From IMG/VR virus record IMGVR_UViG_3300038954_000199: a stretch of DNA of 64,000 nt; one strand, given 5' to 3'. The notes beneath the pieces are model-generated. The model ran no database searches. It was not told the DNA's origin and saw nothing but the letters and a program-made list of their open reading frames with translations. Positions 8,210-17,710 of the stretch are shown here, one piece after another (positions within the stretch are counted from its first letter, which is position 1; each line of letters begins with the position of its first letter). The stretch is from an uncultured virus (IMG/VR IMGVR_UViG_3300038954_000199). Its lineage: Duplodnaviria; Heunggongvirae; Uroviricota; Caudoviricetes. A program made the position numbers and the translations under genes.

Positions 8210-10045
8210 ATGTGTGGTATAGCTGGAGGATTTAATAATATTGTAGTATCTAAGATGTTGGAGACATTAAGTCATCGGGGGTCTGATTCTGTAAATATTA
8301 AAGAGTGCGATGGTATTTTTGTAGGACATACTAGATTAGATATTATTGGTGACCAAGGTGATTGTCAACCTATTGTGGTAGATAATGTAACGGTAACATT
8401 TAACGGTGAAATATATAATTACTTGGATTTGAGAACGGATCTTATTCGTAGAGGGTACAGATTTAAAACAAGTAGTGATTCAGAGGTTATCGCTACGGCT
8501 TATAAATATTATGGTTCAGTATTTGTAGAAAAGCTTGATGGTATTTTTGCATTTGCTTTATATGACTCTGCCGAAAAGAAATTATTTTTGTGTAGGGATC
8601 GTGTCGGTGTTAAACCGTTGTATTATACAAATAATAACGGTTTTTATTTTATGTCTGAAATAAAAGCGTACAGCAATTTATTTTCCTGTTCGGTTAATCA
8701 AGATGCGTTATGTGAATATATTACTTTTCAATATTGTTTAAAGGACACTTTATTTGATGGTGTATATAAGGTTAATCCTGGAGAGATGTTGGAGTTTTCT
8801 AAAGACGGTGAGTTATGTAAAACTATTCCATATTGGGATATTTCTGAAAGTATTCTTAAACGTGATTTTGATAAATATTACACCAGTAAATATTATGAGG
8901 ACCATTTGTTATATACCATTCATAAAGCAGTTCGTAATCAAATACCGACTGTTCCCTTTGGGGTATATGTAAGTGGAGGGTTAGATTCCGGCGCTATTGC
9001 TTCTTTGATTTCTGAGTATACTAATGAATTCAAATTATTTACTGGTAGATATGATTTAGCGCATTGCGACGAATCTGGTTATGCTGAAGAGGTGGCGAAA
9101 TTTGTTGATAAACCTTTATGTACTGTAGATATATCTGAAAAAGACGTGGTAGATAATTTAAGTGATGCTATATACCATTTGGATGAACCTGTTGCCGGTC
9201 CGGGTTTGATTGGTCAATATATTTTAGCTAAGAGGGTTAAACAGGAATACCCTGATCTTAAAGTTGTGTTTGGTGGACAAGGTGGGGATGAGTTATTTGG
9301 TGGATATGCCCGATACATTGTTGCCTACCTTGAATGTTGTATTTACGGTTCTATTTATCCTAAAGATCGGGATTATGTTATAAAGTTAAACAGTTTAGCA
9401 CCTATAATGCCGGTTTTGCAGGGATATGAACCTATGATGATCTCGTTTTTTTCCAACAATATGTTTTATGATAAATGGCTTAGATATTTTAGTTTAGTTG
9501 CTCGGTCCGATAACACAGAACTTGATATTGACTTTTATAATTCTGTCTATATTAAACAACTTGATAGGATAAAGGAAGAATTTTTTGATGTGATGAATAA
9601 TAAAGGTTCGGTTTCATATTTTACAAAAATGAGTTATTTTGACTTTAAAAAATCTTTGCCTGCATTATTACAAGTAGATGACCGTGTAAATGGTGCTTTT
9701 TCTATGGAAGGACGATTTCCAATATTAGATGAAAATGTTATTGATTTTGCATTTTCAATACCACCAGAATATAAATTTTCAGGAGGGTATTCCAAAGGAT
9801 TGTTTAGAAAGTCTTTGGCAGGTACGCTTCCCGAATCTGTTTTAACTCGTAGAGATAAGATGGGATTTCCAGTACCGATGAAAGAGTGGTATAATAAAAA
9901 AGGAATTTTTTATAATTTTGTTAATGACACTTTGAAATCCAACGGTTCTACGTTTTCTAATGTTTTTAAGGCACCAAAAGAATTTAACCGATCTACTTGG
10001 GGACACTTAAGTTTATCGTTGTGGTCTAATCTATTTAATGTTTGA
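8210..10045 (+). CDS. asnB: Asparagine-synthetase-family glutamine amidotransferase
   Basis: N-terminal MCGIAG, FNGEIYN, SGGLDSG, GQGGDELFGGY, RRDKMGFPVP. Confidence 0.95.
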   Translation: MCGIAGGFNNIVVSKMLETLSHRGSDSVNIKECDGIFVGHTRLDIIGDQGDCQPIVVDNVTVTFNGEIYNYLDLRTDLIRRGYRFKTSSDSEVIATAYKYYGSVFVEKLDGIFAFALYDSAEKKLFLCRDRVGVKPLYYTNNNGFYFMSEIKAYSNLFSCSVNQDALCEYITFQYCLKDTLFDGVYKVNPGEMLEFSKDGELCKTIPYWDISESILKRDFDKYYTSKYYEDHLLYTIHKAVRNQIPTVPFGVYVSGGLDSGAIASLISEYTNEFKLFTGRYDLAHCDESGYAEEVAKFVDKPLCTVDISEKDVVDNLSDAIYHLDEPVAGPGLIGQYILAKRVKQEYPDLKVVFGGQGGDELFGGYARYIVAYLECCIYGSIYPKDRDYVIKLNSLAPIMPVLQGYEPMMISFFSNNMFYDKWLRYFSLVARSDNTELDIDFYNSVYIKQLDRIKEEFFDVMNNKGSVSYFTKMSYFDFKKSLPALLQVDDRVNGAFSMEGRFPILDENVIDFAFSIPPEYKFSGGYSKGLFRKSLAGTLPESVLTRRDKMGFPVPMKEWYNKKGIFYNFVNDTLKSNGSTFSNVFKAPKEFNRSTWGHLSLSLWSNLFNV

Positions 10046-10051
10046 GGAGTC

Positions 10052-10960
10052 ATGGTATCACTTTGTACCTTGCTTGCACGTAAATGGGATATATCTGATA
10101 TTGCTTATCGATTATCTACACAGACACACAAAGATTTTGAATGGGTAATAATTGATTTTAATTATGAAGAGAATAAAAATATTTTTTCAGAGATAACGTT
10201 AAAACATAATATAAATCTTGTTCACCGTCCTAATATTCGACAAGTATTCCCCTACATTAGAGACATTGCCCGTAATCGTAATGAGGCTCTTCTTCATTCT
10301 AACGGAAAGTATATAATATTTTTGGATGATTACACCATAATTGATAACGATTTTATAGAAAATCATTTAGAAATAGATGGGATTTCGTGTGGAAAGATGT
10401 ATACTATGAAGGACGTGGTGGAGGTAGATAAAACACAAACAGTATCAGATGTATTAAAACTTTCACGCCATGTAAAGGATTCTCGTTTAGCTTTTACGAA
10501 AGATGTTGTATCATTGGTCAAGGGTCCGGAATGGACATACACTGGTAATTTAGGATTCCCAAAAGAAATTGCAAGGCACCTTAATGGTTTTGATCCTAGA
10601 CTATCTGGTCAAGGAGAAGATTCTGATTTTGGATTACGTGCATATAATTTGGGATATAAAGTATTTTATAATCCTACAGCATATAGTATTAATTTGTGTA
10701 CAGATCCTTATCCGTGCAAAACTTTTTTTGACCATGAACATCCGATTAACTTTTTACTTGAGAACAACTCTAAAATAATATCCGATCCGACAATAATATC
10801 TGATTGGGGAGAGGTGATTAAAAAATATGGTGTTAAGTGTGTTGTATGCAAAAAATGTGGAGCAGAATATATACTTAACCCCTCTGATTTCATTTATAGT
10901 AAAATTAATAATAAAGAGTTTATAACTAAAAAAACACTTTTTAATTGGAGGTTATCGTGA
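10052..10960 (+). CDS. GT-A family 2 glycosyltransferase
   Basis: RNRNEAL, IFLDD, NGFDPRLSGQGEDSDFGLR. Confidence 0.85.
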   Translation: MVSLCTLLARKWDISDIAYRLSTQTHKDFEWVIIDFNYEENKNIFSEITLKHNINLVHRPNIRQVFPYIRDIARNRNEALLHSNGKYIIFLDDYTIIDNDFIENHLEIDGISCGKMYTMKDVVEVDKTQTVSDVLKLSRHVKDSRLAFTKDVVSLVKGPEWTYTGNLGFPKEIARHLNGFDPRLSGQGEDSDFGLRAYNLGYKVFYNPTAYSINLCTDPYPCKTFFDHEHPINFLLENNSKIISDPTIISDWGEVIKKYGVKCVVCKKCGAEYILNPSDFIYSKINNKEFITKKTLFNWRLS

Positions 10961-11883
10961 AAATTCTTGTTACCGGTGGAGCAGGGTTTATTGGTAGTAA
11001 TTTAGTAGATCGGATGATTAAAGACGGACATTATGTATATGTTGTTGATAACCTATCAACGGGATCTTTAAGAAATCTTTCTATTGAAGCTAATTTTATA
11101 GAGGGTAGTATTTCTAATTATCAGCTTCTTAAATATATATTTGAATCGTTTACTCCTGAAGTTGTTATTCATGCTGCGGCAAGTTATAAAGATCCCGATG
11201 ATTGGAATGAAGACATAATTACAAACTGTATTGGTGGAGCTACTATTGCGCGGTTATCAAAAGAGTATAATGTAAAACGATTAATTTATTTTCAGACCTC
11301 GTGTGCTTATGGACACGAACCAATGGAACAACCCATAACACCAAAGTGCCCTTTTATTCCGGATACAAGTAGTTATGCTATTACAAAGGCTACTGCGGAG
11401 TTTTTTATTAAAATCAGTGGTGTTGAATATATTTCTTTTAGATTGGCAAACTGCTACGGACCAAGAACTAAAACCGGACCCGTTCCTAATTTCTATAAGA
11501 AATTGGTAGCAGGTGAACAATGTACTGTAATGAATACTCGTAGAGATTACATATATATTGACGATTTATGTAATGTGGTATTACGGGCGGTATATGGTGA
11601 AGGAACTCCAGGAGCATATCATATTTCTACGGGTAGTGACTATGCTATTGAAGAGTTATATAAAACCATGGCAGACATTTTAAATATTAATAAAGAACCC
11701 AGTCGAAAAGAAAAGGGTGCAGACGATACGTATACATTGTTAATATCTCCGGAAAAGACAAAGAAAGATTTCCCTGGGTGGTCTGCGGAAACTACACTTA
11801 GAGAGGGGTTAGAGAAGACCATTAATTATTATAAAAACAATCCTCCTTCCGATGTGTATACTCATTTAAGAATGACAAAGTAA
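10957..11883 (+). CDS. NAD-dependent nucleotide-sugar epimerase/dehydratase (WbmG/WbmH-like SDR)
   Basis: GGAGFIGS, HAAASYKDPDDW, YAITK, FRLANCYGPR; GTG start after GGAGG. Confidence 0.9.
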   Translation: MKILVTGGAGFIGSNLVDRMIKDGHYVYVVDNLSTGSLRNLSIEANFIEGSISNYQLLKYIFESFTPEVVIHAAASYKDPDDWNEDIITNCIGGATIARLSKEYNVKRLIYFQTSCAYGHEPMEQPITPKCPFIPDTSSYAITKATAEFFIKISGVEYISFRLANCYGPRTKTGPVPNFYKKLVAGEQCTVMNTRRDYIYIDDLCNVVLRAVYGEGTPGAYHISTGSDYAIEELYKTMADILNINKEPSRKEKGADDTYTLLISPEKTKKDFPGWSAETTLREGLEKTINYYKNNPPSDVYTHLRMTK

Positions 11884-12515
11884 TGTGGAATTGGCCCAAA
11901 AACCGCAACAAATTTTTATTAGAACTTGAAAGTCTTCCATATAACTATTCAAAAATAGTTGAAAAGGAAGACGAAAATTGGGAATTGTTCAGTAAATATC
12001 CGGAACTGGTTATTCCAGAATTTAAAACTCATCAAGATTTATTTAACTATGCTTTTGGTGTTGGTCATTGTGGGATAGGAGTTTTAGATATTGGTACTGG
12101 AGGAGGCATTTTTTTAGAACGGTATTTGACCGACAATTTCATGCCTCCACGAGTAGGATTAGATGTAATCGATATTAGTACTCCTGATGGTTGGTCTTCA
12201 TATAAAGAAAAGGCGTCGGACTTTGATAAACTAGGTTTTGAATTTGATCATATTCAATGTATTGAAACAATAGAGCACCTTGATGAAGATATAGGTTTGA
12301 AGGTGGCTGAAAAAATGATTAACTCCTGTAATTTGTCTTGTTTAATAACATGTATGGGATTGCCACATCATCTTGGAAGTCTTAATATTACGGCCGTTGA
12401 AAAAAACCCCGCTCTAATATATAAAGGACAACCGAACATTGAGAAATTAATGTCTTTAGGTTACACTGTTAGGCTGTCTAATAATTACCAAGTTGTAGCA
12501 TGGAAGTGTCACTAG
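11883..12515 (+). CDS. Class I SAM-dependent methyltransferase
   Basis: VLDIGTGGG; FDHIQCIETIEHL. Confidence 0.75.
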   Translation: MWNWPKNRNKFLLELESLPYNYSKIVEKEDENWELFSKYPELVIPEFKTHQDLFNYAFGVGHCGIGVLDIGTGGGIFLERYLTDNFMPPRVGLDVIDISTPDGWSSYKEKASDFDKLGFEFDHIQCIETIEHLDEDIGLKVAEKMINSCNLSCLITCMGLPHHLGSLNITAVEKNPALIYKGQPNIEKLMSLGYTVRLSNNYQVVAWKCH

Positions 12516-12540
12516 GAGAACCACCTGAAAGGAAGGGTTT

Positions 12541-13488
12541 ATGAAGTTATCTATTTGTACAGTAACTGCAAGGAAAGGATTTGTTGATGTTTTAGCACAT
12601 ATGCTTGCTAATCAAACATATAAGGATATTGAGTGGGTATTGGTAGACTTTGATTATGAAGCACGGTCTTTGGCTGTTAAACAGTTATCTGAACATCTTA
12701 ATATTAAGATAACGCATTCGCCTAATGTTCGAGATGACAAATTATTTTTTAGAGATATTACTCGGAATAGAAATAAGGCACTGCAATTATCTACTGGTGA
12801 TTCGGTTATCTTTTTGGATGACTATGCAATGATTCCACCGGAATTCTGTGAAGAACATCTTCCTATTTTAAATGAGCGTTGTATAAGTGCTGGGAATATG
12901 TGGAGATTAGAAAAAGACCCCGGAGAGAATCAAATAAGTTGTAATGAAGAGGATGCTACTTTTTATTATAAAAATCCAAAAATTATACTGGACAAATTTA
13001 ATTCTTCTATTGGTAGAGATTATAGAAATAGAGACAAAGTGTATCAGGCAACTGGAATAACTTATACTGGTAATTTAGGAATTCCAAGAGAAATATTTGA
13101 AGTACTAAATGGTTTTGATCCTCGGTTGGAATCTGGACTTGAGGATTGTGATTTTGGTATGAGAGCTACTATTGCTGGATTTAAGACGATGTTTAATCCT
13201 ACTGCATATACCATTAATCTAGATACTGGTAAGTTTCCCTATGTAATACAATATGATCATAGTCATGACGTAGAGCCGTTTATTTGCAACCCTAATAATA
13301 ATTTTGCTGGAGATGATAAACTTAAAGAAAATGGTTTTATGAAGGTTTCATTTATGGAAGGTTATAGAGTGGCAACTTGTAAAATTTGTGGTGCTAAAGG
13401 TGTAATTGATCCAAATGAACTTATGAATCTTAAAGCAAGTAAGAAAGATTTTTGTACACCTATAGGATTACCAGGAGGGTTAAAATGA
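12541..13488 (+). CDS. GT-A family 2 glycosyltransferase, paralog of 10052-10960
   Basis: RDITRNRNKAL, IFLDDY, TYTGNLG, NGFDPRL..EDCDFG. Confidence 0.85.
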   Translation: MKLSICTVTARKGFVDVLAHMLANQTYKDIEWVLVDFDYEARSLAVKQLSEHLNIKITHSPNVRDDKLFFRDITRNRNKALQLSTGDSVIFLDDYAMIPPEFCEEHLPILNERCISAGNMWRLEKDPGENQISCNEEDATFYYKNPKIILDKFNSSIGRDYRNRDKVYQATGITYTGNLGIPREIFEVLNGFDPRLESGLEDCDFGMRATIAGFKTMFNPTAYTINLDTGKFPYVIQYDHSHDVEPFICNPNNNFAGDDKLKENGFMKVSFMEGYRVATCKICGAKGVIDPNELMNLKASKKDFCTPIGLPGGLK

Positions 13489-14297
13489 AGCCCTTTATTA
13501 AATGGGCAGGAGGTAAGAGACAGTCATTGTCCGAGATTAACAAATTAATACCAAAATATAATACGTATATCGAGCCCTTTTTGGGGGGAGGTTCTGTTTT
13601 CTTTTCTATATATCACCCAAAAAATAGTCATTATCTATTTGATATTAATAATGATTTAATACGAACTTATAGATGTATTAGGGATAATGTAGAAGACTTA
13701 ACTTTTGAGCTCACAAAACTGTCGGACTCTTACTATAGTTCAGTAGATAGCAAAGAATATTATTATTTGATTAGAGAACGATATAATAACAAACCTCTTG
13801 ACTCGGTTATGAAATCTGCTTATTTTATATTTCTTAATAAGACGTGTTTTAATGGATTATATAGAGTAAATAAAAAAGGTTCTTTTAATGTACCATTTGG
13901 ATATTATAAAAAACCTTTGATTTATAATTCAAACTTAATTAGTATTTCTTCTGTTTTAAAAAATGCGTTTATAGATATTTTAGATTTTAGGGATTTACAT
14001 AATTATATACGAAAAAACACTTTTATTTATTTCGATCCTCCTTATATGCCTGTAAACAAAACATCCTTCACATCATATACTAACACTTCTTTTTCTGAAA
14101 AAGACCAAACAGACTTGGCGAATATTATAAAGTCTGTTTCAAGTAAAGCTAAAATAATGATGTCTAATTCAAGTTCTCCGTTAGTTTATGAATTATATAA
14201 AGATTTTAATATCTGTGAAATCTACTCTCGGCGTTCAATAAATTCTGATTCTAGTGGTAGATCAAAAATAAAAGAACTTTTAATTACTAATTATTAA
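13485..14297 (+). CDS. dam: Dam-family (D12 class) DNA adenine methyltransferase
   Basis: KPFIKWAGGK, EPFLGGGSV, CFNGLYRVN, YFDPPY, ELLITNY. Confidence 0.92.
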   Translation: MKPFIKWAGGKRQSLSEINKLIPKYNTYIEPFLGGGSVFFSIYHPKNSHYLFDINNDLIRTYRCIRDNVEDLTFELTKLSDSYYSSVDSKEYYYLIRERYNNKPLDSVMKSAYFIFLNKTCFNGLYRVNKKGSFNVPFGYYKKPLIYNSNLISISSVLKNAFIDILDFRDLHNYIRKNTFIYFDPPYMPVNKTSFTSYTNTSFSEKDQTDLANIIKSVSSKAKIMMSNSSSPLVYELYKDFNICEIYSRRSINSDSSGRSKIKELLITNY

Positions 14298-14340
14298 AAC
14301 TTATAAAATGTCAAATTATAACCAATTATAAGGAGGCTAT

Positions 14341-15075
14341 GTGAAAGAGATTGATATAACTACAAGAGAAGATGCAATTAGACAAGCTGCGAATTATTGT
14401 AAGTGTACAAAAAGACCGCAAGTTATTCCAAGTACATCTAATTTATGTTTTGGAATCGCGGGGCTTGTGTTTATTGATGCGGGTATGTCGGAACCAAAAG
14501 AAAGCGTATATTTTCCTATAAAAGATGTTGAGATGACTTCATTACCGATAACAGATAGATTAGATTTTGTAGGATTTTTTGATATGTATGGAAGAGATTC
14601 TTATTTAGATATAAACCGAAACTTTTCTATGTCTTATCTTTCTAATGTAGAAAAGGAGGTTTGTGCCTGTGTTCCGTTTAGTTTAATGGATAATTCTTCT
14701 ACAGTTAATTCGTTAGTTGAACATTGTCGAGAGAACAATAATAAATACTATAAAAGTATTATACATGATATATCTAAAATTGCTTGGCCTAATTCAGATC
14801 CTATTGAACCAGCATCGGAATCTATTGAAGAAAAAAAGAATAAAGTTCCTCTTTTAGATGATTACACGGTGTACGAAGTAAGAGACCGTATAGAATTTGT
14901 TACCTTATTTGACAAATTGAGTTTTATTTGTCCTGAAGATAAAGATAATCCTAATACTATTAAATTGGTTTCTTTCGAGAAGAGACAATTACTTCATATT
15001 CCGATATCGTTATATAGGAAATCCGTAACAGTTCGTACATTGATAAATGCTGCCGATAAAAAATGGACTCTTTAA
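14341..15075 (+). CDS. Hypothetical protein
   Basis: AGGAGG SD, GTG start. Confidence 0.65.
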   Translation: MKEIDITTREDAIRQAANYCKCTKRPQVIPSTSNLCFGIAGLVFIDAGMSEPKESVYFPIKDVEMTSLPITDRLDFVGFFDMYGRDSYLDINRNFSMSYLSNVEKEVCACVPFSLMDNSSTVNSLVEHCRENNNKYYKSIIHDISKIAWPNSDPIEPASESIEEKKNKVPLLDDYTVYEVRDRIEFVTLFDKLSFICPEDKDNPNTIKLVSFEKRQLLHIPISLYRKSVTVRTLINAADKKWTL

Positions 15076-15100
15076 ACATAATATTAACTGAGGAGTTAGA

Positions 15101-15586
15101 ATGTTGACAAAAAAAGTATTAGAACAAAAAATAAATAGTCAGTTAGAAAAAGCAGTAGACCAACCGGAAAAAGAAATTTTTTTATACGGTTTATCATTTC
15201 GAGATTGGCGATTATCCTACGGCATTTTTAGAAAAGGTTTATTTTTTCTATCTATCTATCCGGCTTTTTGTCTGTCTAATCACTTCACGGTTCACTATAG
15301 AAAATTGTCGGATATGGTTTCAGACGTGTTTTTCTTTGTGGATTTTGAATCAGAAGACAGCCGAATTGGGTTACCGGATTTAATAGCTACTGTTTTTTCT
15401 ATTACCAGAAACAAGGAAACTATAGAATTATTTCAAGACCAAAAAGACTTGTTAGACCTAGGTCTTAAACATTATCATCTTGATAATTATTATCAAGATG
15501 TTATTAAGTCATTATGCTTAGAATATTATGAAAAGGGAACTATTTCAGGTAAAAAAATAGACTTAACTTTTTTGGAGATGTTATGA
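15101..15586 (+). CDS. Hypothetical protein
   Basis: GAGGAG SD. Confidence 0.65.
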   Translation: MLTKKVLEQKINSQLEKAVDQPEKEIFLYGLSFRDWRLSYGIFRKGLFFLSIYPAFCLSNHFTVHYRKLSDMVSDVFFFVDFESEDSRIGLPDLIATVFSITRNKETIELFQDQKDLLDLGLKHYHLDNYYQDVIKSLCLEYYEKGTISGKKIDLTFLEML

Positions 15587-16284
15587 TTACTCCAATGGAT
15601 CCAGAATATTATGATAAAGCCTATTTCGATACCGGATCAAAAGAGATGGTTGATAAGACGACAGGAAAGAAAAAAGTATGGGGGTATAAAGGAACCGATT
15701 GGGCAGGAAACTATTTTATTATTAAGGGTTTATTGAAAATCTTTAATGGGGAAATTGGGTCGGTTCTTGATATGGGTTGTGGTCAAGGTTCATTTACCGA
15801 CTACGCTATCCGAATGGGTCTGTTTTCAAAAGGATATGACTTTTCAAAATATGCTATTGAAACTGCACATCATAATGCTAAAGGACACATATTTCAAGCT
15901 GATGTCTGTGACGGAATATCAGAAGACGATAATTCGTTTGATTTAATCTTTTGTAGTGATATGGTTGAGCATATCAAAAAGTCAAAAGAGCCTATTGTAA
16001 TTAAAGAGTTTTATAGAGTTACAAAAAAATGGGTGTTTTTACAGTTTCCAGTAGCGACTAATGAAAGAGAAGTATTTGATGCAGAAACTGACGGGGAGGA
16101 TAATCCTTGCTACTCTCATTATATGATTGCTGGACATCTTAATATGGAACAAAGACCATGGTGGGATAAGTTATTTAAACGTCATGGGTTCAAGATTAGA
16201 GAAGACTTGGTTGTTGACTTTCGTGTTAATACTCCAAAGGAAGTTATCGCAAATTGGCAAAATATTGTTATTTTGGAGAAGTAG
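15583..16284 (+). CDS. Class I SAM-dependent methyltransferase
   Basis: VLDMGCGQG; FDLIFCSDMVEHI. Confidence 0.85.
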   Translation: MITPMDPEYYDKAYFDTGSKEMVDKTTGKKKVWGYKGTDWAGNYFIIKGLLKIFNGEIGSVLDMGCGQGSFTDYAIRMGLFSKGYDFSKYAIETAHHNAKGHIFQADVCDGISEDDNSFDLIFCSDMVEHIKKSKEPIVIKEFYRVTKKWVFLQFPVATNEREVFDAETDGEDNPCYSHYMIAGHLNMEQRPWWDKLFKRHGFKIREDLVVDFRVNTPKEVIANWQNIVILEK

Positions 16285-16288
16285 TTGT

Positions 16289-16954
16289 ATGAAATTAATA
16301 AAATATTGGTCTTTTGATCTTATTTCAGGACTTCTTATGTTTATTTTTGTATTAGGAATTATTTTAATAGATAATTATAATGACAATACTAAATTACAAC
16401 AGATGAAAGAAGTCTACCAAAAGTATAAAGTAATACATGATAGACAGTCCCATCTATCTAAGATCCTATCGACTTATCCATTACATGGTGTAGAACCTTA
16501 TGTATATGCTGTGCTAGTAGATACTCTTAGCCGTAAATATAATATTGATGTTGAGGCTATTATTGCTACTATTGATATTGAGACCGGACGAACATGGGAT
16601 CCGACTCAAACGTCTCATGCTAATTGTAAAGGTATAATGCAGTTGAAGGAAACGACAGCAGAGCTTGAATCTGGTAGAATTGGAATACCCTACAAGAAAC
16701 ATTCTACTGTGTGGTCTGAAATTAAAGCTATTGAGATTGGTTCATCGTATTTGTCAAGAGGTGTTAACAAATATGGTTATAATGAGGGATTTAAATATTA
16801 CGTAGGTGGATCTGGTTTTAGATCCACCGAAAAAGCATTTCGTACCGCAGGGGAAAAAGATAAAACCCGCCTCAAGAAAATTGTTAAATATATGGGGGAT
16901 TATAATAATATGGTCATTCGAGAATATAAACAATTAAAGTTGATGAATGATTAA
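16289..16954 (+). CDS. Lytic transglycosylase (SLT domain) with N-terminal transmembrane segment
   Basis: AIIATIDIETG...SHANCKGIMQL...IGSSYL...YYVGG; hydrophobic stretch LISGLLMFIFVLGIILI. Confidence 0.8.
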   Translation: MKLIKYWSFDLISGLLMFIFVLGIILIDNYNDNTKLQQMKEVYQKYKVIHDRQSHLSKILSTYPLHGVEPYVYAVLVDTLSRKYNIDVEAIIATIDIETGRTWDPTQTSHANCKGIMQLKETTAELESGRIGIPYKKHSTVWSEIKAIEIGSSYLSRGVNKYGYNEGFKYYVGGSGFRSTEKAFRTAGEKDKTRLKKIVKYMGDYNNMVIREYKQLKLMND

Positions 16955-17699
16955 ATTTATTGTTCCTGCTATAGACGTACCTGTTTATACTAAAAAGGGA
17001 AATAAGCGGGTAAAGAAAAAAACCTCTTTTGGAAAGGTTATTACAACTAATAAAATATTGCCGAAGGAACGTCCCCGGTTTTCAAAGACCGGAATATACA
17101 CGTCTACCAATACCGTTCTATTTTCTGAACATATACGAAAATGTTTTTTTGATAAATATGATTATAAAGGTGTGTTTTATAAGGGAGAACCCTTTAAGAC
17201 TTATCAGTTTTTAGGTTGCACATGGTTTGGAGAAGATAAACCTTGTAACCGATATATTGATAAAGATTTTAGAACGTGCTCAAGTTGCAGATATAGAAGA
17301 AAAAACTTATATTTATATTTGCGTGTTTTTCTAAAAAACGAAAGGCATATTGATTTAGATAATATTGTAAAGATAGTTTTAGATTCCTTGGAAAAAACAT
17401 GCTTTTTTAATGATTCGCAGTTTTCTAAGAAAGAGGTGGATCTTATACCGTATTCCGAATCCGAGCGTTTGGAAATCTCTTTATCTGTAATGCCAACTCA
17501 TTTTAAACATGGCAGTTTGGTAGGAGCATACACGTTAAAAAACTTAACGATTGATGATGCTTATAATTATATTAAAAATATTATAACTAATGCTCCTGAT
17601 ATTAAAGAAGATGTTTTAAAGTATGTAAAAAGATGTGATAATAGATTAACCTTAATAAAGAGATTACTTTCAGAAGTAATATCAGTTGAACGATCTTAA
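16947..17699 (+). CDS. RusA-like Holliday junction resolvase with Cys4 insertion
   Basis: PKERPRF; DLDNIVKIVLDSL...NDSQ. Confidence 0.75.
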   Translation: MIKFIVPAIDVPVYTKKGNKRVKKKTSFGKVITTNKILPKERPRFSKTGIYTSTNTVLFSEHIRKCFFDKYDYKGVFYKGEPFKTYQFLGCTWFGEDKPCNRYIDKDFRTCSSCRYRRKNLYLYLRVFLKNERHIDLDNIVKIVLDSLEKTCFFNDSQFSKKEVDLIPYSESERLEISLSVMPTHFKHGSLVGAYTLKNLTIDDAYNYIKNIITNAPDIKEDVLKYVKRCDNRLTLIKRLLSEVISVERS

Positions 17700-17710
17700 G
17701 GATTTAAAAT

